From IMG/VR virus record IMGVR_UViG_3300032116_000067, positions 1-64,000 of that record: a DNA stretch of 64,000 bases; one strand, 5' to 3'. The position numbers and the translations under genes were made by a program. This document shows, piece by piece, positions 19,879 through 29,654 of the stretch. Every line of letters starts with the position of its first letter. Within the stretch, counting starts at the first letter, position 1. The notes beneath the pieces were generated by a model that was not told the origin of the DNA, did not search any database, and saw only the letters and a list, made by a program, of their open reading frames with translations. Origin of the DNA: a virus.

Positions 19879-22079
19879 TATCTTATGTTTTTAAAGGGGG
19901 ATCTGGGAGGTGCGGAACCTAAAGAACTCCCTTTAGAAGACCCCATGTGTCTGAAAGGTCTCCAATTTAATTTACTAAATTTCTGGGAGTTATCCAACTT
20001 TTCCTGACTAACTTCTACACGTTTAGCCAAACCTCTATTAGATTGCTGCACTTTAGCAAAGGCTACCAGGGCACAAAAAGCTACTAACCGGTCTACGTTG
20101 AGACCGTCCCGATAAGCTTGCATCTCTTTGAGCAACATCGGATCCGAAATCCGTTCTACCCCGTAGATGGTCTTGACGATCTCACCGTCCGCTTTAGTCT
20201 CGTGATCTAGCTCTTCTTTCAGAAACTCGATGCCGTAAGACAAGATTGTACCCTTAAACAGTGTACCGACGTTCTTCCAGCCGTATTCCTGGAAGACGTT
20301 ACGGTTGGCCCCGATGTCTTTTAAGAACAGAATCATGTCCTTGGGCACCAGGTAACGTTGCTTCTTGCGGCTGATCATGTACTGGATGAAAAGAGCCACG
20401 TTGTTTTCCACCACGGTCCAGGCGTTGTACCACTCGATGAGTAGCTCCAGCCGCTCATGGGTCTTATTAAGATCATCAAACCTACCGCACCATGACGCAA
20501 CAATCTTATCTCGTTCGATCGTGTTTGTGACTTTTCCGTTGCCGTCATCCTTGATGACTTCAACCGGGTTTTTGTAGATGTATATAGAACATAGTGATTC
20601 CGAAGTAGTGGTCTTACCCTCCCCTACCGGGTCCACAGAAGCATAGTACATCCCAAACGTAGGATCCTTGTGTGGGCGTTCGTACACACAAATCACTCCT
20701 TCTTTGTCTTCCGTCTTTTTCGAGATCGGGAACTCCATGATCGGAGTTTTTCGAGAGGGTTTGTCTATGATCTTTCCTTCTGCGTTACGGCTAAGTTCTA
20801 AGTACTCGACAGAGTATTCTTTGTCGGATATACGCTGCAGTTGTTTACTGATAAGATGGGGAGGAAACACAGAAACCTTTCTGGTAGCAAAGGCTTCTTC
20901 TATATTTCGGGGGTGCTGAGATACTTCCAGCTGATAAGCTTCGGGAGTTAGGTTTCGTTTGGCTTTTTCAAACTGTTCGTCTAGGGCTTTTAAAGCTTCT
21001 TCTACCAGGGAGTTACCAAACTGGTCAATAAAAGGAGGCATGCTCCACTGTTCTGGAATAAACAAACCGGTTATGCCAATCGTACCATCGCTGTCTAGAA
21101 GATTACTTTCTACACCAAAAAATCCGTTCTCTTCCGGATGCATGACGTATTCTTTCATCGGCTCACACTGATCCAGGTCACCCACGGATCCTGCGGCTAT
21201 AAACTGGCCGGTGATGATAAAACCACTCTTAAGTGCTGGTTTGATAAACCCGTAGGTGTCATTCATCTTGGGAGCCACACCAGCTTCCTCGTGAAAGAAG
21301 TACGTTACTGGACCACCGACACCGTTGGTCGGATCCTTCTCAAAAGTGTACCCAGCAATGGTTGACTTGAGTCCCTTGTAAGTGTCCCGGCCGTTAACCC
21401 TTACCTTGATTTTCTGTTCCCAGGCAAATACTTTGTCTGGTTCAGTAGGGCGGTACCAGGCGGTGTGTTCGTTTAGAAAGTTCTTGTACTCATTGAGAAA
21501 CTTCCAGGAACCCTTCTCGTTGATGTAGTCTTTAGCTGACGCTCCCATCTTCAGTACGGCCCCAGATTCAAACCAGAAGGTATTGATGAGCTTAGCCATG
21601 TGAAAATAGGAGGAAGCTATCTGACGTTTCTTTAGAATGATAGCATGCTTGTAGTTCAGTTCTGCCAGGTGTTCATACAGAGCCATGTGGTACTGGGCGT
21701 CACGTACTTTGGCAAAGTCAAAACGCTTTTCTTCCTTGTCATAGATGGGAAGAAAGTTCAGCCACATGTAGTAGTCCCGGCTTACATACCAGGTCTTATG
21801 ACCGCTCTTTACAATGATGCCTTTACGGCACTTGTTTTTCTGGTCATCCCAGTAGGAAATAAAGTCCTTGGTCTTAAATGGAGCTTCACAGTAAAAGCCC
21901 TGTTTCTGAAACTTTCTACCTTCTACGTTGAAGATTCGGGTTACCTCATCAAACTCGTACTTGCCTGGTTCTTTGAAGCAGGTACCTACGAAGTCCCGGA
22001 ACTCTTCCCGGCTATAGAAGGTAGTCACGTCCCAGTGACCGTTTTCATAAGTAGGGACTTCCAGGTACGGGGTAATCAT
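19878..22079 (-). CDS. terL: Terminase large subunit
   Basis: ILKKRQIASSY (Walker A type), FFHEEAG (Walker B), ASVDP nuclease motif, NVDRLV. Confidence 0.9.
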   Translation of the reverse strand: MITPYLEVPTYENGHWDVTTFYSREEFRDFVGTCFKEPGKYEFDEVTRIFNVEGRKFQKQGFYCEAPFKTKDFISYWDDQKNKCRKGIIVKSGHKTWYVSRDYYMWLNFLPIYDKEEKRFDFAKVRDAQYHMALYEHLAELNYKHAIILKKRQIASSYFHMAKLINTFWFESGAVLKMGASAKDYINEKGSWKFLNEYKNFLNEHTAWYRPTEPDKVFAWEQKIKVRVNGRDTYKGLKSTIAGYTFEKDPTNGVGGPVTYFFHEEAGVAPKMNDTYGFIKPALKSGFIITGQFIAAGSVGDLDQCEPMKEYVMHPEENGFFGVESNLLDSDGTIGITGLFIPEQWSMPPFIDQFGNSLVEEALKALDEQFEKAKRNLTPEAYQLEVSQHPRNIEEAFATRKVSVFPPHLISKQLQRISDKEYSVEYLELSRNAEGKIIDKPSRKTPIMEFPISKKTEDKEGVICVYERPHKDPTFGMYYASVDPVGEGKTTTSESLCSIYIYKNPVEVIKDDGNGKVTNTIERDKIVASWCGRFDDLNKTHERLELLIEWYNAWTVVENNVALFIQYMISRKKQRYLVPKDMILFLKDIGANRNVFQEYGWKNVGTLFKGTILSYGIEFLKEELDHETKADGEIVKTIYGVERISDPMLLKEMQAYRDGLNVDRLVAFCALVAFAKVQQSNRGLAKRVEVSQEKLDNSQKFSKLNWRPFRHMGSSKGSSLGSAPPRSPFKNIR

Positions 22080-22306
22080 GCGGTCGTGATCAGTTTTTCA
22101 ATAGCTTCCGGATCTCCTTTGGTACGCTGCAGGATCGACAGCAGGGTGTCCTTGTCTTTACTACGAAGCACACCCGGGAGATTGAAGTCACTCCAGTAGG
22201 CTTGGTAGAGTTCCCGGGGAATAGCAGCCCAGGTGTCTGAAAACATGTTGTAGTGAAACACCCAGTCGTGTAAATACGGAGTGCTGTTGTCGGTTGCGTC
22301 ACTCAT
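22076..22306 (-). CDS. Hypothetical protein
   Basis: ATGA overlap with terL. Confidence 0.6.
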   Translation of the reverse strand: MSDATDNSTPYLHDWVFHYNMFSDTWAAIPRELYQAYWSDFNLPGVLRSKDKDTLLSILQRTKGDPEAIEKLITTA

Positions 22307-22316
22307 AGGACAGTTG

Positions 22317-23156
22317 TTATAGAGTAATAGGATAAGTCATCAAAGCTGCAGCTACGCTGCTCCCTGCCGCTACAGCAAGCAGGGACCAACCAATCGTAGC
22401 CCAGGGTATTTTTCTAGAGGGTTTCTCTGGCGGCATCGGAGAGTAACCAAACATCTTGGTCTTACGGCCGTTCCAGTTCTTACCCATCTGTTTAAGATCC
22501 AAATCTTCAGAGTCCAGGTGGATAGCAATGACCTCAGGTATCAGGGCCCGGTACTTACGCGGCCACTTCTTAGCATGCAGTACATCGGTCCGGTCTGCTG
22601 CACCATGGGTTTCCGGGTATAGTGTGACACCGGACGTACCTGGGTGCCACATCTGGAAGAACCCGATGGGCTCATAGCCTTCACTCATAAACTCAGCTAT
22701 GCGTACGCCCATGGGAAAGATCGTAGGGTGGATATACACCCAGCCGGTATGAGTAGGTTTGGGTTTACTGATGTACTCGGCCCATGCTTCAAACGTAGGA
22801 CACATCATGCGGTCAAGACCGTAGATCGTGTTCTTGTCCAGACTGATTCGTTCCAGAATTCCCCGGGTGAGCGGGGGCAGATAGATATCAGCATCTATAT
22901 GTACCACCCAGTCTCGTTTAGAGAGATACTGCAATCCGACGTTGATCCCTTTGCCTTTGTTGAAAGCTTCCCCGTTGCTGGTCATCTCGCGGGTGATCAA
23001 ACACTCCACGTTGTAATGATTACATACCGCCTGGGTGTCTTTGTCCTCAGGTGTTGTGACGACGACCATGTGATCAAAGTGCTGCTTGTTGTGAGGTAGT
23101 GTGTGTGCTAAGAAGTCAGCATAGTTCACACATACTACTACGCATTCTATGTACAT
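22317..23156 (-). CDS. GT-A/GT2-like glycosyltransferase with C-terminal TM anchor
   Basis: FNKGKGIN.GL and HIDADI (DxD) motifs; hydrophobic C-terminus. Confidence 0.75.
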   Translation of the reverse strand: MYIECVVVCVNYADFLAHTLPHNKQHFDHMVVVTTPEDKDTQAVCNHYNVECLITREMTSNGEAFNKGKGINVGLQYLSKRDWVVHIDADIYLPPLTRGILERISLDKNTIYGLDRMMCPTFEAWAEYISKPKPTHTGWVYIHPTIFPMGVRIAEFMSEGYEPIGFFQMWHPGTSGVTLYPETHGAADRTDVLHAKKWPRKYRALIPEVIAIHLDSEDLDLKQMGKNWNGRKTKMFGYSPMPPEKPSRKIPWATIGWSLLAVAAGSSVAAALMTYPITL

Positions 23157-23387
23157 GTTATAGATTTAAGATGAGGTTTTCTGAATATTCATCTCTACTA
23201 AGAGGTGAGTAAAGAAATCCATCATGAGCTTCCAGCCATTGTCAAGAATCAGGAAGATCATGAGATAGATAACTACTGCCGCGATCAACATGATCTTGAT
23301 AATGTACCACACCATGGTCCAGATGTTCTTTGACTCAGACCTGCTTAGCTCCTCTTCTACCGGTTCGGAACTCTCAGGTCTTGCGGG

Positions 23388-23648
23388 TCAAATCAGGTCC
23401 AGGCTCAGCTTAAGCTGCTTCCAGGTGCCGGTCTTAAGATGCACAATCTTGAGCCTTCCAGTTTCGTTTAGGTTCTTGATCTTGAGATCGGAGTACTTAG
23501 AAATGAGATGCTCGACAAGCTGCTCTCGTTTCATAGGATCACTGGTAATTACTCCTTCTAGTGTTACCTCTACTAAGACATAGAGATCGTCATTGAATAA
23601 CGTGTCCATACGGATTGGTTTGGTTTGTGAAATGGTTAAGAAGTTCAT
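23388..23648 (-). CDS. Hypothetical protein (frame continues past TGA to 23166)
   Basis: Collinear ORF; see finding. Confidence 0.5.
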   Translation of the reverse strand: MNFLTISQTKPIRMDTLFNDDLYVLVEVTLEGVITSDPMKREQLVEHLISKYSDLKIKNLNETGRLKIVHLKTGTWKQLKLSLDLI

Positions 23649-23669
23649 AGTGACCTTCTTTATAGGGTA

Positions 23670-24026
23670 TTACTTACCGACCATAAAAGGCACTGCATAG
23701 TTTTTATCAATGAGTTCTTGGTTCAGATGCATGTCGAATCCCTCTCCGTAGAAGATATCTACCAGGGGTCGGCCGTACTTATCTAGGTCCCGGGATTTGA
23801 CTACGATCTCCGTACCCGGAGTCAGTAGTTCTGAGACAAACTTCTTGGCAGCCTGGGCTTTGGCTTTGATCTCAGCATCTTTGCTCTTCAGTTCAGGTGT
23901 ATTGACACCGTAGAACCGGCAGGAAGACTTCCAGTAGACAGTAAAGCCAAGGTCGATAGTGACTTTTAAAGTATCACCATCGACAACTCGGTCAACTGTA
24001 GCTTTATAGGTGTACAAATCTTTCAT
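23670..24026 (-). CDS. Staphylococcal-nuclease-like (thermonuclease) protein
   Basis: RVVDGDT, R..GVNTPE and DKYGRPL motifs. Confidence 0.9.
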   Translation of the reverse strand: MKDLYTYKATVDRVVDGDTLKVTIDLGFTVYWKSSCRFYGVNTPELKSKDAEIKAKAQAAKKFVSELLTPGTEIVVKSRDLDKYGRPLVDIFYGEGFDMHLNQELIDKNYAVPFMVGK

Positions 24027-24036
24027 ATTGTAAGGA

Positions 24037-24549
24037 TTATCCGTCGTATGCTAAGTTTTGTCCGCCTCTTACTTGGCTCTGCTGTTCTTCTTCCAAGTCA
24101 CGGAGAGTTCCTTTGAAGCTTTGGCGGATGGCTTCAAACTTTGCAGCTGCATTAACCAGTGCCGTAATATTACCATCACGCCCGTGCTCGATCTCTGTGG
24201 TCTCCATGTATTTGGCGAGCCGGTCGAGCATGCTCTTGATACCGGCATAGGCTCTGTACGTAGGGGTTTCATAGAGCTTCTTACAAAGCTTGATCGCGTT
24301 GTCCACAAGATCATCATCAGTTGAAAAGTCAGCATCAATCTCTCGAAGAATGAGTTCCTCTTTCTCGGCTTCTGGTACATCGAAGAATGGGTTTAAGTCA
24401 GGGTTGGGGCAGGTCATGTAAAAGATATACGCGTAGATCTTACTGCTCTCCTCCCCGTACTCGTCCATGATGTCTTTGAGAGACTTCAACGTGTAGCAGT
24501 GTTCCGTGGGAACCACCTTGCCTCCTTGTATATCAAATAGTCTGATCAT
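24037..24549 (-). CDS. Conserved helical protein (terminase small subunit candidate)
   Basis: 170 aa helical/coiled coil upstream of terL; function inferred from position only. Confidence 0.4.
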   Translation of the reverse strand: MIRLFDIQGGKVVPTEHCYTLKSLKDIMDEYGEESSKIYAYIFYMTCPNPDLNPFFDVPEAEKEELILREIDADFSTDDDLVDNAIKLCKKLYETPTYRAYAGIKSMLDRLAKYMETTEIEHGRDGNITALVNAAAKFEAIRQSFKGTLRDLEEEQQSQVRGGQNLAYDG

Positions 24550-24740
24550 GTTCTACCAAATGTTATGTTCTTCTTAGCTGTAATGTCTTTGTGTCGAAAC
24601 TGCCAGAGCTCTCCGGTCTCATTGATGATCACCGTGTAGATCGTATCGGTTTCATGTCCATAGTCTGTAACGAGCCATATGATTCCGTCTCCTTTTGGTG
24701 TACTCACTTCTACCCTATTCCGCGGCTCGTAAATCGTCAT
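24546..24740 (-). CDS. Hypothetical protein
   Basis: V.TPKG.G..W...DYG motif; ATGA overlaps on both sides. Confidence 0.6.
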   Translation of the reverse strand: MTIYEPRNRVEVSTPKGDGIIWLVTDYGHETDTIYTVIINETGELWQFRHKDITAKKNITFGRT

Positions 24741-25402
24741 AGGATCACCTGGATTTGATCGTCACGTAAACAGAGTTTCTTGTACAGTTCTACATCTTTA
24801 CTCCACTCAGATCCGGTCCACCACTCGAATCCACGGTGGTTAGCTTTGTATACACAGCAGCTCTCGTATCCACCCAGGATGTACACGTACAGAATACCCC
24901 GCATCCGGGCCACGCTACACTCAAAGTACTGGGCCAGATTACCCAGGGATAGTGACGGCGTCTCGTAGTCCCACACAAACTGTGTAGCTACAAGGGCGTC
25001 CGGGTATACATCTACCAGGGAATACCCGATAAGTTTACCCTCATGGTAGTACTTAAGAACCAGGTCCGACTTCAGTTGGTCCCAGGTAATCGTACGGGTA
25101 AACCCCTTAGCCTGGCAGTATTTCTCGTAGATGGTTTCATAGGCCAGATCCATCTTGAAGTTTTCTACTACACACTGGATTTTACTCAGGTTTTTCCTGG
25201 TAGTCTTCGTGGGAGAATGCAGTAGAGCATTGATCCTGACCGATCGAAGATTGTACCAGGCTCCATCCCAGGGTATCCACCCTTGGGCCAGGAGATCTTT
25301 GGGATTGTCACCGGGTTCTATGATCCCCATTGGGTAACCGCAGATAAAATCCTGGTGGCTTACTTTTCCAAATCCCTCTATATGGTCAAAGACGATCTTC
25401 AT
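24737..25402 (-). CDS. ATE1/Bpt-family aminoacyl-tRNA-protein transferase-like protein
   Basis: LLAQGW; YYHEGKLIG...D.YPD.L....F.WDY....LSLG.....E....R..G..YVY.LG.Y..C..YK pattern resembles the ATE_C domain. Confidence 0.7.
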   Translation of the reverse strand: MKIVFDHIEGFGKVSHQDFICGYPMGIIEPGDNPKDLLAQGWIPWDGAWYNLRSVRINALLHSPTKTTRKNLSKIQCVVENFKMDLAYETIYEKYCQAKGFTRTITWDQLKSDLVLKYYHEGKLIGYSLVDVYPDALVATQFVWDYETPSLSLGNLAQYFECSVARMRGILYVYILGGYESCCVYKANHRGFEWWTGSEWSKDVELYKKLCLRDDQIQVIL

Positions 25403-26046
25403 TTGTATTCGTAGTCCAGGATTTTACCCACTAAGTCGGAACGGTGATTGGTCTTCAGCTTGATCCATTTGATCTCCTCGATCTTCTTTGACAGTTCAAT
25501 GACATAGCTCAAACCTGTATACTCGTCCCGGATATCTCTTTGTTCGTTGTCGCCGTTGATGATGATCTTTCCTGTTTTACCGAGACGGGTGAGGATCGCC
25601 AGCATCTGACCCTTAGTGAGGTTCTGTGCTTCTTCTACGACGAGTACATCGTCGATTGTTTTACTACGTACAAACTGCACCGGGAATGCTTGCACTTTGT
25701 CGTCGTTCACCAGACCGTCAATCTTATTACGATCCAGACACTTGTACAGATTCTCCACGAAGGCTTCCATGTATGGATTGAACTTGTCTTTCAAACCTCC
25801 GGGTAGAAATCCCATGGATGCTCCCACTTCTACCATGGCCCGGGTGACGAAGATCTTGTCGATCATCTTCTGAGAGAGAAAATCCAGTGCTGCCTGTGCA
25901 CTGACCAGACTTTTACCGCAACCGGCTCTACCGGTGATTACGACAATCTGGTTTTCCCGAATAAGACGTTTAGCTTCTTTTTGCTCTTCGTTGAGCTCAA
26001 CTCCAAACTTGATCTCGTTCTTCCTGACTCTGTTGGGTTCTTTCAT
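25399..26046 (-). CDS. phoH: PhoH-family ATPase
   Basis: GRAGCGKS, GFLPG, EEAQN, LTRLG..K.I.GD..QRD and HRS motifs. Confidence 0.92.
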   Translation of the reverse strand: MKEPNRVRKNEIKFGVELNEEQKEAKRLIRENQIVVITGRAGCGKSLVSAQAALDFLSQKMIDKIFVTRAMVEVGASMGFLPGGLKDKFNPYMEAFVENLYKCLDRNKIDGLVNDDKVQAFPVQFVRSKTIDDVLVVEEAQNLTKGQMLAILTRLGKTGKIIINGDNEQRDIRDEYTGLSYVIELSKKIEEIKWIKLKTNHRSDLVGKILDYEYK

Positions 26047-26879
26047 CAGTGCGGCTTTATCTTTTTACGGTTGTCTTCTAGCCAGTGCATCAGTGTAATG
26101 ATCTCCTGCTTGAGATACGGCAGTTCATACTGCACGACATCTTTTACGATCGGATCTCCATTACTATCCAGGGCGGTAATCGGGTTACCAAACTTGTCTT
26201 CTCCTACGGTGTCAAACTGGATATGATGAATGATCAGTGATCCGGGTTTCAGCCGGGGGTTGTGCTTCAGGATCATGTACAGGTACATGCTTAGCTGCAG
26301 CGTATAGTGATTGAGGTTACAATCATCCAGGTGACTGACCGGAGCCAGCATCTTCTGAGTAACCCCTTGCCAGTTGGTATAGCCTTCCGTCTTAATCTCT
26401 TTGTTGGTCTTGTAGTCGGTGATGTGCACCTGACCATCTATGACTTCAACCAGATCTGACTGTCCACAGAGTCCGGCCGACTTGAGGTAGACCAGGTGTT
26501 CCGGATAGACTCCGTCAGTGAGTTTCTGTTCCGGAGAATACTTAATTCCTTCGATTTCGATGGGTTTAACCACCGGTACTGTTAATCCCATGCGTTCCAT
26601 GGTATCCAGTTCACAGATGTCTTTCTCCCGGCAGTTGTGATACCAGGTGCCCAGAGACGTGGCGCGGTTAGCTTCTGCTTTCCAGGCCGCCTTGATCTCG
26701 TCCGGTGTCATCCCATACCACTTTGACTTTCTGTTCTTGGCCGACTTAGCCGCTATGGTATCAGCGTCAAAGGGCTGTTTGAAGTTCCCAATAAAGCTGG
26801 TTACGGATATCCAGTCTTTCTCATCTTCTTTTTTTATGCTTGTGTACTTGTGGTCTTGTGGGGTGAATCTTAGTATCAT
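26046..26879 (-). CDS. PD-(D/E)xK exonuclease
   Basis: SVT, GT..H, GQSD, DYKT and Y.LQLS.Y motifs. Confidence 0.85.
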   Translation of the reverse strand: MILRFTPQDHKYTSIKKEDEKDWISVTSFIGNFKQPFDADTIAAKSAKNRKSKWYGMTPDEIKAAWKAEANRATSLGTWYHNCREKDICELDTMERMGLTVPVVKPIEIEGIKYSPEQKLTDGVYPEHLVYLKSAGLCGQSDLVEVIDGQVHITDYKTNKEIKTEGYTNWQGVTQKMLAPVSHLDDCNLNHYTLQLSMYLYMILKHNPRLKPGSLIIHHIQFDTVGEDKFGNPITALDSNGDPIVKDVVQYELPYLKQEIITLMHWLEDNRKKIKPH

Positions 26880-27258
26880 GGGTAAATCCGATTGAGTTTT
26901 TCACAGGGTTGGCCGATATAGCGTCTAACACTTCCTCGGGAGTGTGAAACGTAGCGTAGAATCGACCGGAGTATTTATCAAAGACCACCGAACGTTTGCG
27001 GCTGATCTGGTTCTTGCTGTTGACGTATTCTTCTATGGAGCTGATAGACTCCTTGACAAACCACTTCTTGACTTTGATCTGCTTAACAAGAACTTCTTTG
27101 CGTTCCGGAAACAGCTCACCGCCTCCCAGCTTTTGGTAGATGGTCTTTGTCTTGTACACAGAATGCACGACATTTAAGGATACGGCATCGTGTGGGTTCA
27201 CAGTCCAAGCTTTTGGTTCAACTGATCTTCCTCTTGTTGTGTAAGTACTGCTTCCCAC
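26821..27258 (-). CDS. Hypothetical protein (true start probably the GTG near 27201)
   Basis: Collinear ORF. Confidence 0.55.
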   Translation of the reverse strand: MGSSTYTTRGRSVEPKAWTVNPHDAVSLNVVHSVYKTKTIYQKLGGGELFPERKEVLVKQIKVKKWFVKESISSIEEYVNSKNQISRKRSVVFDKYSGRFYATFHTPEEVLDAISANPVKNSIGFTHDTKIHPTRPQVHKHKKRR

Positions 27259-27536
27259 TTGGCCCCTTTAGGATGGGGACAGTGACTGGACAGACTTCTT
27301 GTTTTAAACTTCAGAGAGCATCCGCAACCACCTTTCTCCTGGTTACAACAGGGTCCGGTCTTGGTAACCATGCATCCGTTGTCATCTTCAGTGTAGAGAT
27401 CGCAGGATGAGCATGTCTGCAGTCTTTCTGCAGCAATCTCCTCTACGTCTTCTTTCTTAAAAATGGAGTTAGTTACTCCTTCTATGATCTGACCTTTAGC
27501 TTTCCAGATCTTGATCATGTTCTTTTTTAGACTCAT
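27198..27536 (-). CDS. Cys-rich Zn-binding protein
   Basis: R...C..C ... CGC.L..K.RS....CP..KW motif. Confidence 0.7.
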   Translation of the reverse strand: MSLKKNMIKIWKAKGQIIEGVTNSIFKKEDVEEIAAERLQTCSSCDLYTEDDNGCMVTKTGPCCNQEKGGCGCSLKFKTRSLSSHCPHPKGAKWEAVLTQQEEDQLNQKLGL

Positions 27537-27900
27537 CGGCAGCTCGTTTATGCAACTTGATAAATTCGGCCCGTTGTTTTTCTTCTTCGATGACTTGCTT
27601 TAGACTACGCAAGTCATACAGGTTTTCTGCAGTTTTGAACCGGGCTGTCATCTGCTGCAGTCCTTTTAATCTACTCTTTTCTTCAAACTGTTCGAGCATC
27701 TGGATCTTCTCGTCAACTTTCCAGTGTTTGATCACAAAGTCTCCGAGATTGGTCAGGTGAACGCGGGAGTGTTTGAGTCCACTAAGACTCTTACGGACCT
27801 CTTGCCAGTAATAGGACAAGATGGTACTCACCGCCTCTTCGCTGACTTCCGTCTGCAGGGCTACTTCCGGGATAAACTCTTTAGCTTTCCGGGGACGCAA
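27496..27900 (-). CDS. IHF/HU-like DNA-binding protein
   Basis: EVA......E.V..I...Y...V...L......V.L.NLG.F fold pattern; TTG start. Confidence 0.6.
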   Translation of the reverse strand: MRPRKAKEFIPEVALQTEVSEEAVSTILSYYWQEVRKSLSGLKHSRVHLTNLGDFVIKHWKVDEKIQMLEQFEEKSRLKGLQQMTARFKTAENLYDLRSLKQVIEEEKQRAEFIKLHKRAADESKKEHDQDLES

Positions 27901-28252
27901 CGCAGAGGAATTTATAGTCCAGCAATATGTTACCCGACGCACTGACCTTTAGATCCGGATGGATATAGATCTTCTTCTTGTTCTTGCCTTCCTTTTTGAT
28001 CAAGTTCTTCTTCTCTGCTTTAGTCAGGCAGTTACGCACCGACTGGGTAGAAGAAAAGATCTTCTTATCGTAGGCTTTGTTACAGAAACTCGTGAGTTCC
28101 TGGTCTCCTTCGATCGCCAGTAGAGTCAGGCAGTTTAGATCCGCCTCACTGATCGGTATGTCGAACAGGTAGCAGTGCGTAAGGATCTGGTACTTGACAA
28201 CCTGCCAAGTACTCATCCGCACTCGTTTCTCTACCTGGTTTACTATGGCCAT
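27881..28252 (-). CDS. Winged-HTH-like protein
   Basis: S.QSVRNCL.K..KK.LI.K helix-wing pattern. Confidence 0.55.
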   Translation of the reverse strand: MAIVNQVEKRVRMSTWQVVKYQILTHCYLFDIPISEADLNCLTLLAIEGDQELTSFCNKAYDKKIFSSTQSVRNCLTKAEKKNLIKKEGKNKKKIYIHPDLKVSASGNILLDYKFLCVASPES

Positions 28253-28683
28253 TATATGTTGAGTTTAAAGCTGATGTAGTCCTCTCCGGTTCTACACCAA
28301 TTATTATGTACTAAGATTTGCTCGGCCCCAAGCATTCGAAAGATGTTCCAGGAAGGTCCTTTGCGAGCCTCACCAATCATGTAGTAGTATTCAGCTTCTT
28401 TGGCCCAGTCCAGAGCAGCGTCTACGATCTGGGTGCCGATACCCTGGTTTCTATGACTGGGTAAAACCGTGAATCCTTCTACGTGGACTACGTTGTCAGA
28501 ATTCCATGTCAGGATGATTTCAGCTATCAGGTCTTTTTTATCCCTGAACCAGATACCCTGGCACTCTTTGTTGTGCTCTAACATGAAAAGCTTGTATGTC
28601 TCGTCCCAGCGTAGTTCTTTGGGATGCTCTTGCTCAAATACCAGGGTTTCCCGGTAATCTCTCAGCTTGTAGACCGGCGTCAT
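28252..28683 (-). CDS. GNAT acetyltransferase
   Basis: V.PSHRNQGIG acetyl-CoA-binding motif A. Confidence 0.85.
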   Translation of the reverse strand: MTPVYKLRDYRETLVFEQEHPKELRWDETYKLFMLEHNKECQGIWFRDKKDLIAEIILTWNSDNVVHVEGFTVLPSHRNQGIGTQIVDAALDWAKEAEYYYMIGEARKGPSWNIFRMLGAEQILVHNNWCRTGEDYISFKLNI

Positions 28684-28940
28684 TACTTTTCTTTTTTCAG
28701 GGACCTGGAACGTTCTCCGGCTTCTTTGTTTTCTTCGGTGCCTTCTTTAGGCTGCTGGGTAATGGTAGCAATAAAGCTCAGGGCTTTTAATTCTTCGGCC
28801 CGGGCTACTGCCAGTGCAGCATTGATCTCCTGGAGCTCCAGCTGTACTTTCTTGACTTCAATCTGCTCTTGGAAGAAAGCAATGATCTCTTCTTTACTGG
28901 GAGCCTGCTGCTCCTCTTGGTTCAGGTTTTCGGTACTCAT
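28683..28940 (-). CDS. Hypothetical coiled-coil protein
   Basis: Coupled ORF. Confidence 0.65.
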   Translation of the reverse strand: MSTENLNQEEQQAPSKEEIIAFFQEQIEVKKVQLELQEINAALAVARAEELKALSFIATITQQPKEGTEENKEAGERSRSLKKEK

Positions 28941-28958
28941 AAGGTTTGGTTTATTGAA

Positions 28959-29264
28959 TTAAAAGTTGGGTTCGTCATCGTCGTTGTCAGACAGTGGTTC
29001 CGTGGCATGGTAATCCCGGAACATCCGCAGAAACTCTTTGTAGGGAGTATCCAGGATGTACGTATCATTGTGATCAGTAAATACAGTGGTGCAGTTATGG
29101 GTATCCTGGTTTTCTTCGTCGCTGGTAAGCTTACAAGCTATCACGACATCCATGTGGAAAGCAAAAGGCATCCACTTACCCTTAGTCTCTTTGCCCTCGT
29201 AGAAGTCACTCATCTCGTCGGAGTTGTCCAGTGCGTGACAGTATATGTTACAGGAATGGATCAT
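28959..29264 (-). CDS. Hypothetical protein (first gene of the leftward late unit)
   Basis: Directly follows the promoter motif at 29281. Confidence 0.65.
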   Translation of the reverse strand: MIHSCNIYCHALDNSDEMSDFYEGKETKGKWMPFAFHMDVVIACKLTSDEENQDTHNCTTVFTDHNDTYILDTPYKEFLRMFRDYHATEPLSDNDDDEPNF

Positions 29265-29280
29265 AGGATATTAAAGTTGG

Positions 29281-29297
29281 TCTACAATATAATATAC
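29281..29297 (-). promoter_or_regulatory. Putative phage late promoter GTATATTATATTGTAGA
   Basis: Identical 17-mer heads both the virion and the lysis (57827) transcription units. Confidence 0.65.
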
Positions 29298-29654
29298 CTC
29301 AAAGGTTTAAACTCTCCAAATTTACTTATAGAACTGTAGAGGTTTCAAGGTAAGTTATCAACCAGAGTGTGTAAAACGTACAAAGACGCCTGTTATGGTA
29401 TAAGGTGCTGTAGAATAGATTTTTACCGGTGAGATAGTTGCCTAGTTACCAAATGGTAACTATCCCCCCGGGTACTTAGTTCTACAGGTAGTCCCCCGGT
29501 CGTTTCTCCAGGATAACTACCCCCTCCTTGTCTACGGTAAGAAAAGTGTGCACCACGGTAACAGAACTAGTGCGTGTTGGAGGGTGTGATGGATGCCCCA
29601 ACCAACCACCCCTCCGAAATTCTTGGCGGATATAACCCCCCGCCACATACAGCC

